Shown here in pieces: positions 22,255 through 31,735 of a stretch of 64,000 nucleotides of DNA. The stretch is from the NCBI GenBank assembly GCA_963730185.1, contig CAVSQW010000012.1:256001-320000 (forward strand), read 5' to 3'. The notes under the pieces are model-generated. The model was not told the DNA's origin, ran no database searches, and saw only the letters and a program-made list of their open reading frames with translations. Source of the DNA: an uncultured Gemmatimonadales bacterium. Lineage in GTDB: Bacteria > Gemmatimonadota > Gemmatimonadetes > Gemmatimonadales > GWC2-71-9. Every line of letters begins with the position of its first letter. Position 1 is the stretch's first letter. The translations under genes were made by a program, and so were the position numbers.

Positions 22255-23606
22255 CACGAAGGAGCCTCGGCAGCAGGGGGACGGTGCCAACCGGCCAGGC
22301 GGTACACCACCAGGCCGAGCACCAGAAGACCGACCCCGATCAGGGAATCGACCGGGCGTTCGACAATGGCGTTGATGACCAGAAAGCCGGAAAAGAGGAT
22401 GAACACGATCGGGGTGACGGGATAGCCCCAGGCTCGATAGGGCCGGACGAGGTTCGGCTCCCGCACTCGGAGCACGATGACGGCGGCGCAGGCCAGGGCG
22501 TAGAACATGAACGACACGAAGACCACGTAACCGGCGAGTTGCTCGTAGCCGCCGAGGAGCACGAGCGACGCCGACCAGATGCCCTGGACGACGAGCGAGG
22601 GCGTGGGCACGTCGTACCGGGGGCTGACCAGGCCGGCCCACCGGAAGAAGCGGCCCTCCCGGGCCATGGCGTAGGGAACCCGGGCGGCGGTGAAGACGAT
22701 GCCGTTGTTGGCCCCGAGGGTGGAGACGAGGGTGACCACGGTGATCAGGGTCGCACCCAGGCCGCCGAGCACGATGGACGCCGCGTCGGCCGCGACCCGC
22801 TCCGAGCGCCCCATCGCGGCATTGCCGAGCACGTACACCATGGCCACGCTCACCGCGACGTAGAGCACCGTCACCAGCAGCGTCGAGAAGAGGATCGCGA
22901 GCGGCATGTCCCGCTCCGGCCGCCGCATCTCGCTCCCGACGTAGGTGATCTCGATCCACCCGTCGTAGGCCCAGAGCACGTTGATGAGGGCCACGCCGAA
23001 CGCCCCGATCAGGAGGCTGGGCGACCCGGCGTCCCAGAACCCGGCGAAGTTCGCGGTCGAGCCGCCCCGGAGGAGGAAGCACACGGCGATCAGGCCTACC
23101 ACGCCGGCGATCTTGATGAAGGTCAGGACGTTCTGGGTGATCGCGCCGGCTTTGAGCCCGAGACAGTTGAGGCCGGTGAGCACGAGGATCGACGCGATCG
23201 CGACCAGCTTGACCCCCCAGTCGCCGAGAGCGACGAACTGGCCGGCGTAGGTCGCGAACCCCACCGCGATGGCCGCGATCGAGGCCGGATTGATGATCAC
23301 CGCCGCGGCCCACCCGTAGAGGTAGCCCCAGACGGGCCCGAACGCTCGGCTCAGATAGACGAACTGGCCGCCCGCCTTGGGCATCGCCGCCCCCAACTCG
23401 GCCACCGAGAGCGCGCCGCAGAGCGAGATCAGCCCGCCGACCACCCAGGCGAGCACGGCGGGGCCGGGCGCCTTGAACGGCGCCGCGATGAACGCGGGCA
23501 CGATGAAGATCGCCGAGGCGATGATCGTACCCACGTTGATCATGGTGCTGTCCAGCAAGGTCAACTCGGCCTTGAGGCCGCCGTCGTTCCGAGCTGGGTC
23601 GGTCAT
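22254..23606 (-). CDS. APC family amino acid permease
   Basis: VGTIIASAIF, AELGAAMPKAGGQFVYL and WAYDGW motifs; 12 TM helices. Confidence 0.92.
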   Translation of the reverse strand: MTDPARNDGGLKAELTLLDSTMINVGTIIASAIFIVPAFIAAPFKAPGPAVLAWVVGGLISLCGALSVAELGAAMPKAGGQFVYLSRAFGPVWGYLYGWAAAVIINPASIAAIAVGFATYAGQFVALGDWGVKLVAIASILVLTGLNCLGLKAGAITQNVLTFIKIAGVVGLIAVCFLLRGGSTANFAGFWDAGSPSLLIGAFGVALINVLWAYDGWIEITYVGSEMRRPERDMPLAILFSTLLVTVLYVAVSVAMVYVLGNAAMGRSERVAADAASIVLGGLGATLITVVTLVSTLGANNGIVFTAARVPYAMAREGRFFRWAGLVSPRYDVPTPSLVVQGIWSASLVLLGGYEQLAGYVVFVSFMFYALACAAVIVLRVREPNLVRPYRAWGYPVTPIVFILFSGFLVINAIVERPVDSLIGVGLLVLGLVVYRLAGWHRPPAAEAPS

Positions 23607-23754
23607 CGTCGGATCCACGGAGTGGTCTCCGCCCGCTCGACCGAGTCGATGGCGAGAACGGTGTCGGAATGCTCGGGAGGTGCCGCGGGCGAGAGGGGCC
23701 GCTGCATGGCCGAATATGGAGGCCCCACCCGACCGGGGGAAGGGCGCGATCAGC

Positions 23755-24606
23755 TCACGGGCGTGGTCGCGCGTTGCCCCCGTCGGTCAGGAACCGGATT
23801 CGCCCGTCGGGCTGGCGCGCCCAGACGGTGAGGTACTTGCTGTAGATCGGGTCGTCGCCGCCTTTGGGCGCGATGATCGCCTGGCCCACCGTGAACCCGA
23901 GATCGCCCGACCCGGCTACCCGGACCGCCACGGGGTACCACGACCAGTCGGCCGGGTCGCCGCTCCCGATCGCCCGGCCGATGGCGCCCGGCCCTTCGTT
24001 CCAGTGGCCGCCGCCCGCGTAGGTAAACGCGGCCGGGGCGGCGAACGCCCGGAACGCCTCCCCGGCGTTCCCCTGCCTGGCCGACGCCGCGAAGTCGAGA
24101 TCGGCCTGGACCAGGGGCCCTCCGGGACCGTTCGGCTCGATCCCCGGAAGTGACTTGGGGCCCCAGGCCGGATCGTAGAACACCCGACCGGGGGAAATCA
24201 GCCCGGTCTGCATCAGACCGATCAGCCGCCAGGCCCGCCCGGCGAGCCGCCACCCGGCGATGTAGCTGCCGGTCCGAGTGGCGCCGTGGGCCGGGGTGAC
24301 CCGGGTGAGGCCGGTCGTGACCCCGAGCCCCCCGTCCGACGAGACCCACCCCTCTCTGGCCTCCCACGTGACCGAGACGGTGTCGAGGACGGAGTCCCGG
24401 GAGAGGGCAGCGAGGATGGCCGACCGACCGACCAGGACCGGTGCTCCACCGTGGACCACGACGGCGGAGTCGTCGAGCGCCCGCCGCAGCGCCTGGCGAA
24501 GGCCCGCCTGGGCCGAGGCCTTTGCCAGGTCGCGGTCGGCCGCGAGCAACGTGGTCCGGGGATCCTGCGAGGGGATCGCGGCCACCAAGAGAATCAGAGC
24601 GAGCAT
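23755..24606 (-). CDS. Secreted tandem NTF2/SnoaL-like (DUF4440) protein
   Basis: Signal peptide; two repeats of AD..FA...G...W.P....S.DLG.T.G; KYLTVWARQPDG. Confidence 0.75.
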   Translation of the reverse strand: MLALILLVAAIPSQDPRTTLLAADRDLAKASAQAGLRQALRRALDDSAVVVHGGAPVLVGRSAILAALSRDSVLDTVSVTWEAREGWVSSDGGLGVTTGLTRVTPAHGATRTGSYIAGWRLAGRAWRLIGLMQTGLISPGRVFYDPAWGPKSLPGIEPNGPGGPLVQADLDFAASARQGNAGEAFRAFAAPAAFTYAGGGHWNEGPGAIGRAIGSGDPADWSWYPVAVRVAGSGDLGFTVGQAIIAPKGGDDPIYSKYLTVWARQPDGRIRFLTDGGNARPRP

Positions 24607-24640
24607 ATGCTCATACTTCGCCTTGGTGGCCGCCGGAGTT

Positions 24641-25255
24641 TCAGTCCGAGGCAACTCCGAAGGCCAACAGCACGATCGAAATGATCTGCTCGGCCGCCTG
24701 GTGGGTCGGGGTCCGGTGGAGGTGCAGCATCCGAACCCACATCGGCCCCTGGACCATGTCCAGGAACAGGTCGACGTCGATGTTTCGAGGCAGCTCCCCA
24801 CGGTCGACGGCCCGCAGGACCACGACCCGGACCCGATGACGACGGGTGGCGGTCAGCTCCTCCAGCGACTCCAGCCACATGCCGTCGCGGCGCGACTCAC
24901 TGATCAGCGACAGCCAGATTCCGCCCAGCTCGGGGTCGTTGAGGTAGTCGACCAGCTCGTGGAGGAGGATCCGGAGATCCTCGCGGAGCGAGCCCGTGTC
25001 GGGGACCGGCATGGCGCGACCGAGCGCCGCGTCGATCGCCTCCCGGGCCAGTTCTTCCTTCGACCGCCAACGCCGGTAGATCGTCGGAAGGCCCACGCCC
25101 GCCTGGTCGGCGACCGCTCGCATGGTGAAGCCGCCGAAGCCCATCTCGGCGATCGCCCGCAGGGTCGCCGAAAGAATCGCCTCGGAGGCCCGCTCGTCCC
25201 GGGGGCGCCCCCGCCGCCGGGGGCGCCCCGCCACAGCCACGTCGGTCGCTTCCAT
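24641..25255 (-). CDS. TetR/AcrR family regulator
   Basis: RGRPRD...ILSATL, FTMRAVADQAGVGLPTIYRRWRSKEEL HTH; PDTGSLREDL. Confidence 0.92.
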   Translation of the reverse strand: MEATDVAVAGRPRRRGRPRDERASEAILSATLRAIAEMGFGGFTMRAVADQAGVGLPTIYRRWRSKEELAREAIDAALGRAMPVPDTGSLREDLRILLHELVDYLNDPELGGIWLSLISESRRDGMWLESLEELTATRRHRVRVVVLRAVDRGELPRNIDVDLFLDMVQGPMWVRMLHLHRTPTHQAAEQIISIVLLAFGVASD

Positions 25256-25276
25256 GTGCGCTCCTCTAGGTTCAAC

Positions 25277-25708
25277 TCACACCCGGCGAAGGTCTGGCCG
25301 CCAGGTCGAGATCAACTTCTTGATATCGTCCCGATTCCGGATACCCTCGGTCAGGACGCGCCGGACCAGTCCCGGCACCTCGCCATCCGAGGCGAACCGG
25401 AGCGCGATCAGCTGACCGGCTCGCAACTCGCCCAGGCGCGACCGGAGGTCGCCTGGAAGGAGCCCCTCCAACCGGAGCCGCTCTTCCAGCACCACCACCC
25501 GGTCTTGGACCTTCAGCGCGAAGATTCGCGCGTACCACGCCAGCATCCCCAAGATCAGGGCCAGCACCACTCCCATCGCCGCCTCGAGACTCGGCCCCCG
25601 GATCACCTCACGCACCGACCACACTAGGTACACCGTGATCAGCCCGAACAGCACGCCGTGATACCCGGGCACGTAGCGCTTGTGGTTCGCGAACGACTGG
25701 GCGGCCAT
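25277..25708 (-). CDS. DUF6526-like small membrane protein
   Basis: QSFANH, LKVQDRVVVLEERLR, QLIALRFASDGE and WRPDLRRV motifs. Confidence 0.75.
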   Translation of the reverse strand: MAAQSFANHKRYVPGYHGVLFGLITVYLVWSVREVIRGPSLEAAMGVVLALILGMLAWYARIFALKVQDRVVVLEERLRLEGLLPGDLRSRLGELRAGQLIALRFASDGEVPGLVRRVLTEGIRNRDDIKKLISTWRPDLRRV

Positions 25709-25853
25709 GGGAACCTCCTTCGTGTTCCGTTCCGGAACGCGTCATCCAGCGGGGGAACCGAAGATGATCACGCCTGCCGCCCGGCGGTGTCAAACCCGGC
25801 GCTCGAAACCCGGAGGTGAGACTCGCCGTCCGCCTTGGAAGGGAGACTCCGCC

Positions 25854-26588
25854 ATGCTCGTCTGCCGCCTGCTGATCTTCGCCCTGGCCCTGACGGGCTG
25901 CGGAGCGCCGTCCACCGGCCCCAGCCCAGACCCGGATGCCACTTTTCGGGTCCTCTTCGTCGGCAACAGCCTGACCTACGTCAACGACCTGCCCGGCATG
26001 GTCAAGGCGCTCGCCGACTCCGCCGGGGTCGAGCGAACTTATATAGAGACGGTCGCGTTTCCGGATTTCGCGCTGGAGGACCACTGGTCTCAGGGCGACG
26101 CCCGAAAGGCCATTTCCCGGGGCGGCTGGCGGTATGTGATCATGCAGCAGGGACCGAGCGCCCTGGCGGAGAGCCGGGTGAACCTGCTGGAATGGGTGGG
26201 ACGGTTCGCGCCCGAGATCCGGCAGGCGGGCGGCACGCCGGCAATGTACACGGTGTGGCCGGCGTCCTCGCGCTCGTTCGATTTCGATCGGGTGGTCGAG
26301 TCCTACCGGCTGGCGGCGGAGGCCATCGGCGGGTTGGAGCTCCCCGCCGGCGGGGCCTGGCTGGCGGCCTGGCGGCGCGATCCGACCCTGCCCCTGTACG
26401 GCCCCGACGGGTTCCATCCGTCGGTGGCCGGATCCTACCTCGCGGCCATCACGATCTTCGGCCGGCTGTACGACCGGTCCGCCATCGGGCTCCCCCGCGG
26501 CCTCACGGTCGGCGGCGGGTCGTTCCAGCTCTCGGTCGAAGCGGCCGCGACCCTGCAAGCCGCGGCCGACGAGGTCAATGGCCGTTAG
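25854..26588 (+). CDS. SGNH/GDSL hydrolase lipoprotein
   Basis: Lipobox LTGC; LFVGNSLT block I; DGFHPS block V. Confidence 0.85.
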   Translation: MLVCRLLIFALALTGCGAPSTGPSPDPDATFRVLFVGNSLTYVNDLPGMVKALADSAGVERTYIETVAFPDFALEDHWSQGDARKAISRGGWRYVIMQQGPSALAESRVNLLEWVGRFAPEIRQAGGTPAMYTVWPASSRSFDFDRVVESYRLAAEAIGGLELPAGGAWLAAWRRDPTLPLYGPDGFHPSVAGSYLAAITIFGRLYDRSAIGLPRGLTVGGGSFQLSVEAAATLQAAADEVNGR

Positions 26589-26600
26589 TCGCCTCGGACC

Positions 26601-27110
26601 TCAGAGGCGAACGACCAGTCCCGCGACCACCCCGGGCGACCGGTCGGCGGGCGAAGTGATCCATTGGCGAACCCGGACGCGGGCGGTCAGGCCGAAGCGG
26701 TCGGTTGCCCAGAGCGTGGCGCCCACCGCCCCATGGACGCCGACCGAGTAATACGGAGTGCCGTCGCCGTCGCCGCCGAGGAGACCGGACGGCCCGGCCG
26801 TCAGGGCCAGCTCGAACCGGCCTCGGGGGACGAGGACCCCCACGTCGAGGTCGGCCGCCAGGGCATCGAGCCCGTAACGCCCGGCGCCGGAGATCGCCGC
26901 CAAGTCGAGTCCAACCACCGACCTGCGACCCACCTCGCGGGCCACGCTCAAGCCCGGCACCATCGGGCTGCCGGCCAGCTCGTCGATGTGGTAGACGCCG
27001 GCGCCGGCGCCGAGCCGCCAGGCCCCGCTCCGCGCGGTTTGAGCCCCACCGGGCGCCGCCTGAAGCGCCAGTCCCGCGATGATCCCCACCACCAGTCTCG
27101 AGCCGCGCAT
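26601..27110 (-). CDS. Secreted protein, probable small outer-membrane beta-barrel
   Basis: Signal peptide; alternating amphipathic beta-strands; terminal GLVVRL strand. Confidence 0.55.
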   Translation of the reverse strand: MRGSRLVVGIIAGLALQAAPGGAQTARSGAWRLGAGAGVYHIDELAGSPMVPGLSVAREVGRRSVVGLDLAAISGAGRYGLDALAADLDVGVLVPRGRFELALTAGPSGLLGGDGDGTPYYSVGVHGAVGATLWATDRFGLTARVRVRQWITSPADRSPGVVAGLVVRL

Positions 27111-27176
27111 GCGTGTCCCATCCGATTGAAGTCGAACCGAAGTAAGCGTCCGGGCGTGACCAGGGTGTGACCTCGC

Positions 27177-29798
27177 TCAGTCGGACCGAAGCGACGCGAT
27201 CGGGCTGGTCCGCCCGGCCCGGAGCCCGGGGAGCAGGGCGGCCAGCGTTCCGGCGGTCAGCAGAGCCCCGCCGGCCAAGCCCAAGCTGAGCGGGTCGGTC
27301 GGCGCGATGCCATAGAGCAGGCCGGCGACCAGCCGGGAAACCAGCAGGGTCAGCACCAGGCCGGCACCGATCCCCGCGACCACCGGCACCATGGCCCCGC
27401 GAACGACCTCCCTGACCACCCGACCGGGCTCCGCGCCGAGCGCCATCCGAACCCCGAACTCGGTCCGGCGCCGGGTGACCGAATAGGACACCACCCCGTA
27501 GACCCCCACGCCGCCCAGCGCGAGGGCCAGGGCGGCAAAGAGAGACAGAAAGAAGCGGAGCCGGATCGGTTCGGCCAGGGCTTGACGCAGCACTTGGTCC
27601 ATCGTCGTCACCCGTCCCACCGCCACGTCGGGAGCCCGCTCCCTGACGACCTGGCGCACCAACGCTGGAAGCGGGCCCAAGTCGCCTCGAGCCCGGATCA
27701 GGAGCGCTTGCGAGTCGAACGAGGACAGTTGCGCGAGTGGCAGGTAGAGCACCATCGGGTTGGGGCCGGTCATCGAGAAGACCCGGGCCTCCTCGGCGAC
27801 GCCCACCACGCTCAGCCAGGCGTCGCCGGTCACTCCGCTCTGCACCCGGCGACCGAGCGGATCGCGACCGGGCCACATCGACCGAGCGAACGATTCGCTG
27901 ACGATCGCGACGCGAGGGGCCGTCGCCTGGTCGGCCGCGGTGAAGCCCCGGCCGCCGACGATGTCGAGGCCGAGGGCCGCGAAATAGCCTGGAGTCACGG
28001 GGCGGAAGGCCGCGTTCGGGGCCTGAGGGCCGCGAAGGTCGGGGCGGTCCTCGATCTCGACCGGCCCTTGGTATCCCGGGTCGCGGATCGGGACCCGGGG
28101 GGCGAAGCCCGCGGCGGCCACCTCGGGTCGCTGGAGCACCCGGTCCAGGAGGTCGAGATAGATCTGGCGCCGCTCGGCATCGGACGTACCCTGAGTCGGG
28201 CTCACGAGGTCGAAGGCCATGACCCCCTTGGGATCGAAGCCCGGATCGAGAGCGAAGAGCCGCGCGACCGACCGCACGAAGAGAAAGGAGCCAGCCGCGA
28301 GCGTCACCGCCAACGCCACCTCGACCCCAACCAGGACCCCGTGGACCCGGCGATGTCCGGGCGCCGAGGCCGCGCTCGACCGTTCCCGGCTCACGCCGGT
28401 GACCCCGCCGCGCAAGAGCTCGCGCACCGGCGCGGCCGACACCAGGAGGCCCACGACCAGCGCCAGTCCGAACGCCGTGAGCAGCATGGTCCAGTCGAGC
28501 GACAGCGTGGCCTCGAGCCCGTTCCGGAGAGGGAGACTCCGAACCAAGAGGCGAAAGACGCCGCCGGCCAGGGCCGCGCCGACCACGCCGGCCAACCCGG
28601 CCAAGGCCACCGATTCGGTGACGATCTGCCGGACCAGCCGGCCGCGACCCGCGCCGAGCGCCGCGCGGAGGGCGATTTCCGGGGTCCGATCCGTCGTCCG
28701 GGCCAGAACCAGCGCGGCCACGTTGGCGGAGGCCATCAAGAGCAGCAGCGTCACGGCGCCGAGGAGGAGCAGCAGCGCCGGCTCGACGTCGCCCACCGTG
28801 AAGTCCCGAAGGGAGGTGAGACCGGCATCCTTGGTCTTGTCCCAGGCCGCCGGGTAGGTGAACCGCTCCCCGAGCGCATGCGCCAGCCGCTGGATGCCGC
28901 CGTCGAGCGCCGCCGCCGACACCTCGGGGCGAACCCGGCCGACCAGGGCGAGGTACCCGTTGCCCTGATAGCCGCCGCTCGCCGGATCGAGCAGCAGCGG
29001 CCGCCAGAGCCGGACGTCCGGAGTCGGGAAGAAGAACCCCCGGGGCATCACCCCGATCACGGTGGCCGGCTTCCCGTCGAGCCGGAGGCGCCGGCCGATC
29101 ACGCCGGGATCGCCGCCCAACTCCTGCTGCCAGAGGGTCCAGCTCAAGATGGCGACCGGCTCCGCCCCCGGTCGATCCTCGCCCGGGGCGAAAGTCCGGC
29201 CCATGAGCGGCGCCGCACCCAAGACGTCGAACAACTCGGCCGACGAGACCGTGGTCAGCAGCGCGGAGCTGCTCTCCCTCCCCTCGAGCGTGGTGACGTC
29301 CAGCGAATAGGCGGCCAGCGACGCGAACTCCGGCACGCGCTCCTTCACGAAGTCGAACTCCACCCCCCGCCAGTCGAACGGATCCCAGAACACCTGAAGC
29401 TGGGCTTCGTCCCGGACCGGGAGCGGGCGGAGCAGGAGACCCTGCACGACGCTGAACAGCGCCACCGTGGCGCCGATGCCGAGCGCCAGGGTCAGGCTGC
29501 CGAGCAGGGTGAACCCGGGCCGGCGGCGGAACTGACGGAACGCATGGTGGAAGTCGGCGGCCAGATCACGAACCCAGCCGATGCCCCACTCGTCGCGGGC
29601 CCGCTGCCGCTCCCGGGTCAGGCCGCCGAACCGGCGCCGCGACTCGGCCAGGGCCTGATCCGGCGGCAGCCCGCCGGCTTCGAGCTGTCGGGCCGACATC
29701 TCCACGTGGAAGGTGAACTCCTCGTCCAACTCCCGCTCAGCCCGGCGGAGCTGGAGCAGGGTCCGCAGGCGATGCCAGAGGTCGGCGGATCGGGGCAT
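27177..29798 (-). CDS. ADOP-type duplicated ABC permease (MacB/FtsX-like)
   Basis: ELDEEFTFHVEM N-terminus; LALGIGATVALFS, EIALRAALGAGRGR and EFGVRMALGA duplicated FtsX motifs; adjacent PadR. Confidence 0.92.
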   Translation of the reverse strand: MPRSADLWHRLRTLLQLRRAERELDEEFTFHVEMSARQLEAGGLPPDQALAESRRRFGGLTRERQRARDEWGIGWVRDLAADFHHAFRQFRRRPGFTLLGSLTLALGIGATVALFSVVQGLLLRPLPVRDEAQLQVFWDPFDWRGVEFDFVKERVPEFASLAAYSLDVTTLEGRESSSALLTTVSSAELFDVLGAAPLMGRTFAPGEDRPGAEPVAILSWTLWQQELGGDPGVIGRRLRLDGKPATVIGVMPRGFFFPTPDVRLWRPLLLDPASGGYQGNGYLALVGRVRPEVSAAALDGGIQRLAHALGERFTYPAAWDKTKDAGLTSLRDFTVGDVEPALLLLLGAVTLLLLMASANVAALVLARTTDRTPEIALRAALGAGRGRLVRQIVTESVALAGLAGVVGAALAGGVFRLLVRSLPLRNGLEATLSLDWTMLLTAFGLALVVGLLVSAAPVRELLRGGVTGVSRERSSAASAPGHRRVHGVLVGVEVALAVTLAAGSFLFVRSVARLFALDPGFDPKGVMAFDLVSPTQGTSDAERRQIYLDLLDRVLQRPEVAAAGFAPRVPIRDPGYQGPVEIEDRPDLRGPQAPNAAFRPVTPGYFAALGLDIVGGRGFTAADQATAPRVAIVSESFARSMWPGRDPLGRRVQSGVTGDAWLSVVGVAEEARVFSMTGPNPMVLYLPLAQLSSFDSQALLIRARGDLGPLPALVRQVVRERAPDVAVGRVTTMDQVLRQALAEPIRLRFFLSLFAALALALGGVGVYGVVSYSVTRRRTEFGVRMALGAEPGRVVREVVRGAMVPVVAGIGAGLVLTLLVSRLVAGLLYGIAPTDPLSLGLAGGALLTAGTLAALLPGLRAGRTSPIASLRSD

Positions 29799-29810
29799 GG
29801 GCTCTCCCGC

Positions 29811-30143
29811 TCAGATGGTCGCGGACATGATCGCCGCCACCCCGGCCGCCAAACGGTCCCACTGGCCGGTTTCGACGGCCAGCTGGCGCTCGCCCGCCCG
29901 GGTCAAGGCGTAGTAACGAGCCCGGCGACCGTTCTCGGTCTCGCGCCAGGACGAGCGGATCCAACCCTCGCGGGTGAGCTTGTGGAGCGAGGCATAGAGC
30001 GACCCCTGGGGAACCCGGAGCCGGGCGTCGGACATCCGCTCCATCCGCTCGGTGAGCCCCCAGCCGTGCATCGGCTCGAGCGAGAGGAGCTTGAGGATCA
30101 GCATGTCGAGCGTGCCGCGGATGACGGAGGTATCGGTGCCCAT
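29811..30143 (-). CDS. PadR family regulator (acidobacterial type)
   Basis: GTLDMLILKLL..EPMHGW, QGSLYASLHKL and RRARYYALT motifs. Confidence 0.93.
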   Translation of the reverse strand: MGTDTSVIRGTLDMLILKLLSLEPMHGWGLTERMERMSDARLRVPQGSLYASLHKLTREGWIRSSWRETENGRRARYYALTRAGERQLAVETGQWDRLAAGVAAIMSATI

Positions 30144-30335
30144 TGGCTTCCCCTCGGAAAGCGAGAGATAACGGATCTGACGGGCCGGGCCCCGGAAAGG
30201 TTGCAACCCGGCCGAGGTCCCGGCGGGCCGCCCCGGCGGAGATCCCGGTAGGCGGGCCGGCGCCCGCCCGCCGGTTGTGTCCCGCCTCGGCCAGTGCGAA
30301 GATTTCGGGTCTTCTCAACCCGAGCGCATCCGTCC

Positions 30336-31673
30336 ATGATCGGCACTCTCTCCGGGCTCCTGCTGCTGGCGGCGTTCCAGACGCCGGCGGCCGCGCCCGG
30401 TCGTGATCTTCGTCTCTACGACATCGCCACCGCCATTCCCGCCAGCGCCGTGGAGGCCACCGACCGGAAGCTGGTCAGCTTCGGGACCCGGCACACCCTG
30501 TCGGACACGGTCTCCACCACCCGCGGGATCGGCGCGGCCCGGCGCTGGATTCATTCCGAGTTCGAGCGGATCGCCGCCGCCTGCGGGGGCTGCCTGGAGG
30601 TGAGCTACAATCGGGGGCTGCTCAAGAAGGGCGAGAACCCGCGAATTCCGACCGAGGTGGAGATCGTGAACGTGGTGGCGATTCAGCGGGGACAGAAGTA
30701 CCCGGACCGCTACGTGGTGATCTCGGGCCACTACGATTCGCGGGCCAGCCAGGCCAACGACGCCACCAGCGACGCCCCGGGCGCGGTCGACGATGGGAGC
30801 GGCACCTCGGCGGTGATCGAGACCGCCCGGGTCCTGAGCAAGTACCGGTTCGACAAGACCATCGTCTATGCCACGCTCGATGGCGAGGAGCAGGGACTCT
30901 TCGGCGGCCAGCAGCTGGCGACGTACGCCAAGGCCCAGGGCTGGAACATCGAGGGGGTGCTCAACAACGACATCATCGGCAACAGCGACGGGATCGGAGG
31001 CCAGAAGGACAACCTGACCTTCCGGGTCTTTTCCGAGCCGGTGCCGCCGACCGAGACCGAGCGCGACCGGATGATGCGCCGGGTCATGGGCGGCGAGGTC
31101 GACGGGATCTCGCGCCAGCTGGCCCGGTACGTCCACACGATTGCCGAGCAAGTGGTGCCCACCATGCACGCCAAGCTGGTCTACCGCCTGGACCGGTTCG
31201 GCCGGGGCGGCGACCACCGGGCGTTCAACGACGAGGGCTTCGCCGCCGTGCGGATCACCGAGGCGTGGGAGAACTACCACCGCCAGCACCAGAACATCCG
31301 CACCGAGAACGGGATCGAGTACGGCGACGTGCCGGACAAGGCCGACTTCCCCTACATGGCCCGGATCGCGGGCGTCAACGCGGCGACGCTGGCGGCGCTG
31401 GCCTGGGCGCCGCCCTCGCCGGAGCACGTTCGGATCCGGGGAGGCGGGAGCGCGTCGACCACGGTCAGCTGGGAAGCGGTGACCGGTGCCGCCGGGTACC
31501 GGGTCTATTGGCGCGACACGATCGAGCCCTTCTGGACCCACTCCCGGTTCGTGCCCAGCGGGACGGACCTCGAGCTGGACGGGGTGCTGATCGACGACAA
31601 CCTGTTCGGCGTGGCGAGCGTCGCGGCGACGGGGGACGAGTCGCTGGTGGCATTCGGGATCGGGGGGAGGTAG
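30336..31673 (+). CDS. Secreted M28 family peptidase with C-terminal FN3-like domain
   Basis: FGTRHTLS, SGHYDSR, GAVDDGSG, GEEQGLFG and RGGDH motifs. Confidence 0.9.
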   Translation: MIGTLSGLLLLAAFQTPAAAPGRDLRLYDIATAIPASAVEATDRKLVSFGTRHTLSDTVSTTRGIGAARRWIHSEFERIAAACGGCLEVSYNRGLLKKGENPRIPTEVEIVNVVAIQRGQKYPDRYVVISGHYDSRASQANDATSDAPGAVDDGSGTSAVIETARVLSKYRFDKTIVYATLDGEEQGLFGGQQLATYAKAQGWNIEGVLNNDIIGNSDGIGGQKDNLTFRVFSEPVPPTETERDRMMRRVMGGEVDGISRQLARYVHTIAEQVVPTMHAKLVYRLDRFGRGGDHRAFNDEGFAAVRITEAWENYHRQHQNIRTENGIEYGDVPDKADFPYMARIAGVNAATLAALAWAPPSPEHVRIRGGGSASTTVSWEAVTGAAGYRVYWRDTIEPFWTHSRFVPSGTDLELDGVLIDDNLFGVASVAATGDESLVAFGIGGR

Positions 31674-31720
31674 GGAGGGATGGGGAGGGATTGGGGGAGA
31701 CGGGGGCAACGGGGGAACCA
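31674..31720 (+). repeat. G-rich polypurine intergenic repeat (GGGGAGGGAT-like)
   Basis: Follows the stop codon; shares the 18-mer GGAGGGATGGGGAGGGAT with 43043-43060. Confidence 0.7.
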
Positions 31721-31735
31721 CTTGGCGAGGAAATC

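Noticed and set aside
20509..23313. 934-aa ORF as a permease-DUF885 fusion
   Set aside because: DUF885 has its own lipoprotein start at 22254; the extension is an alternate frame of the permease.
27177..30143. PadR-ADOP pairs (also 43173-46096) as a novel system or as T6SS parts
   Set aside because: A known, highly paralogous module; the second pair converges on the T6SS operon from the opposite strand.
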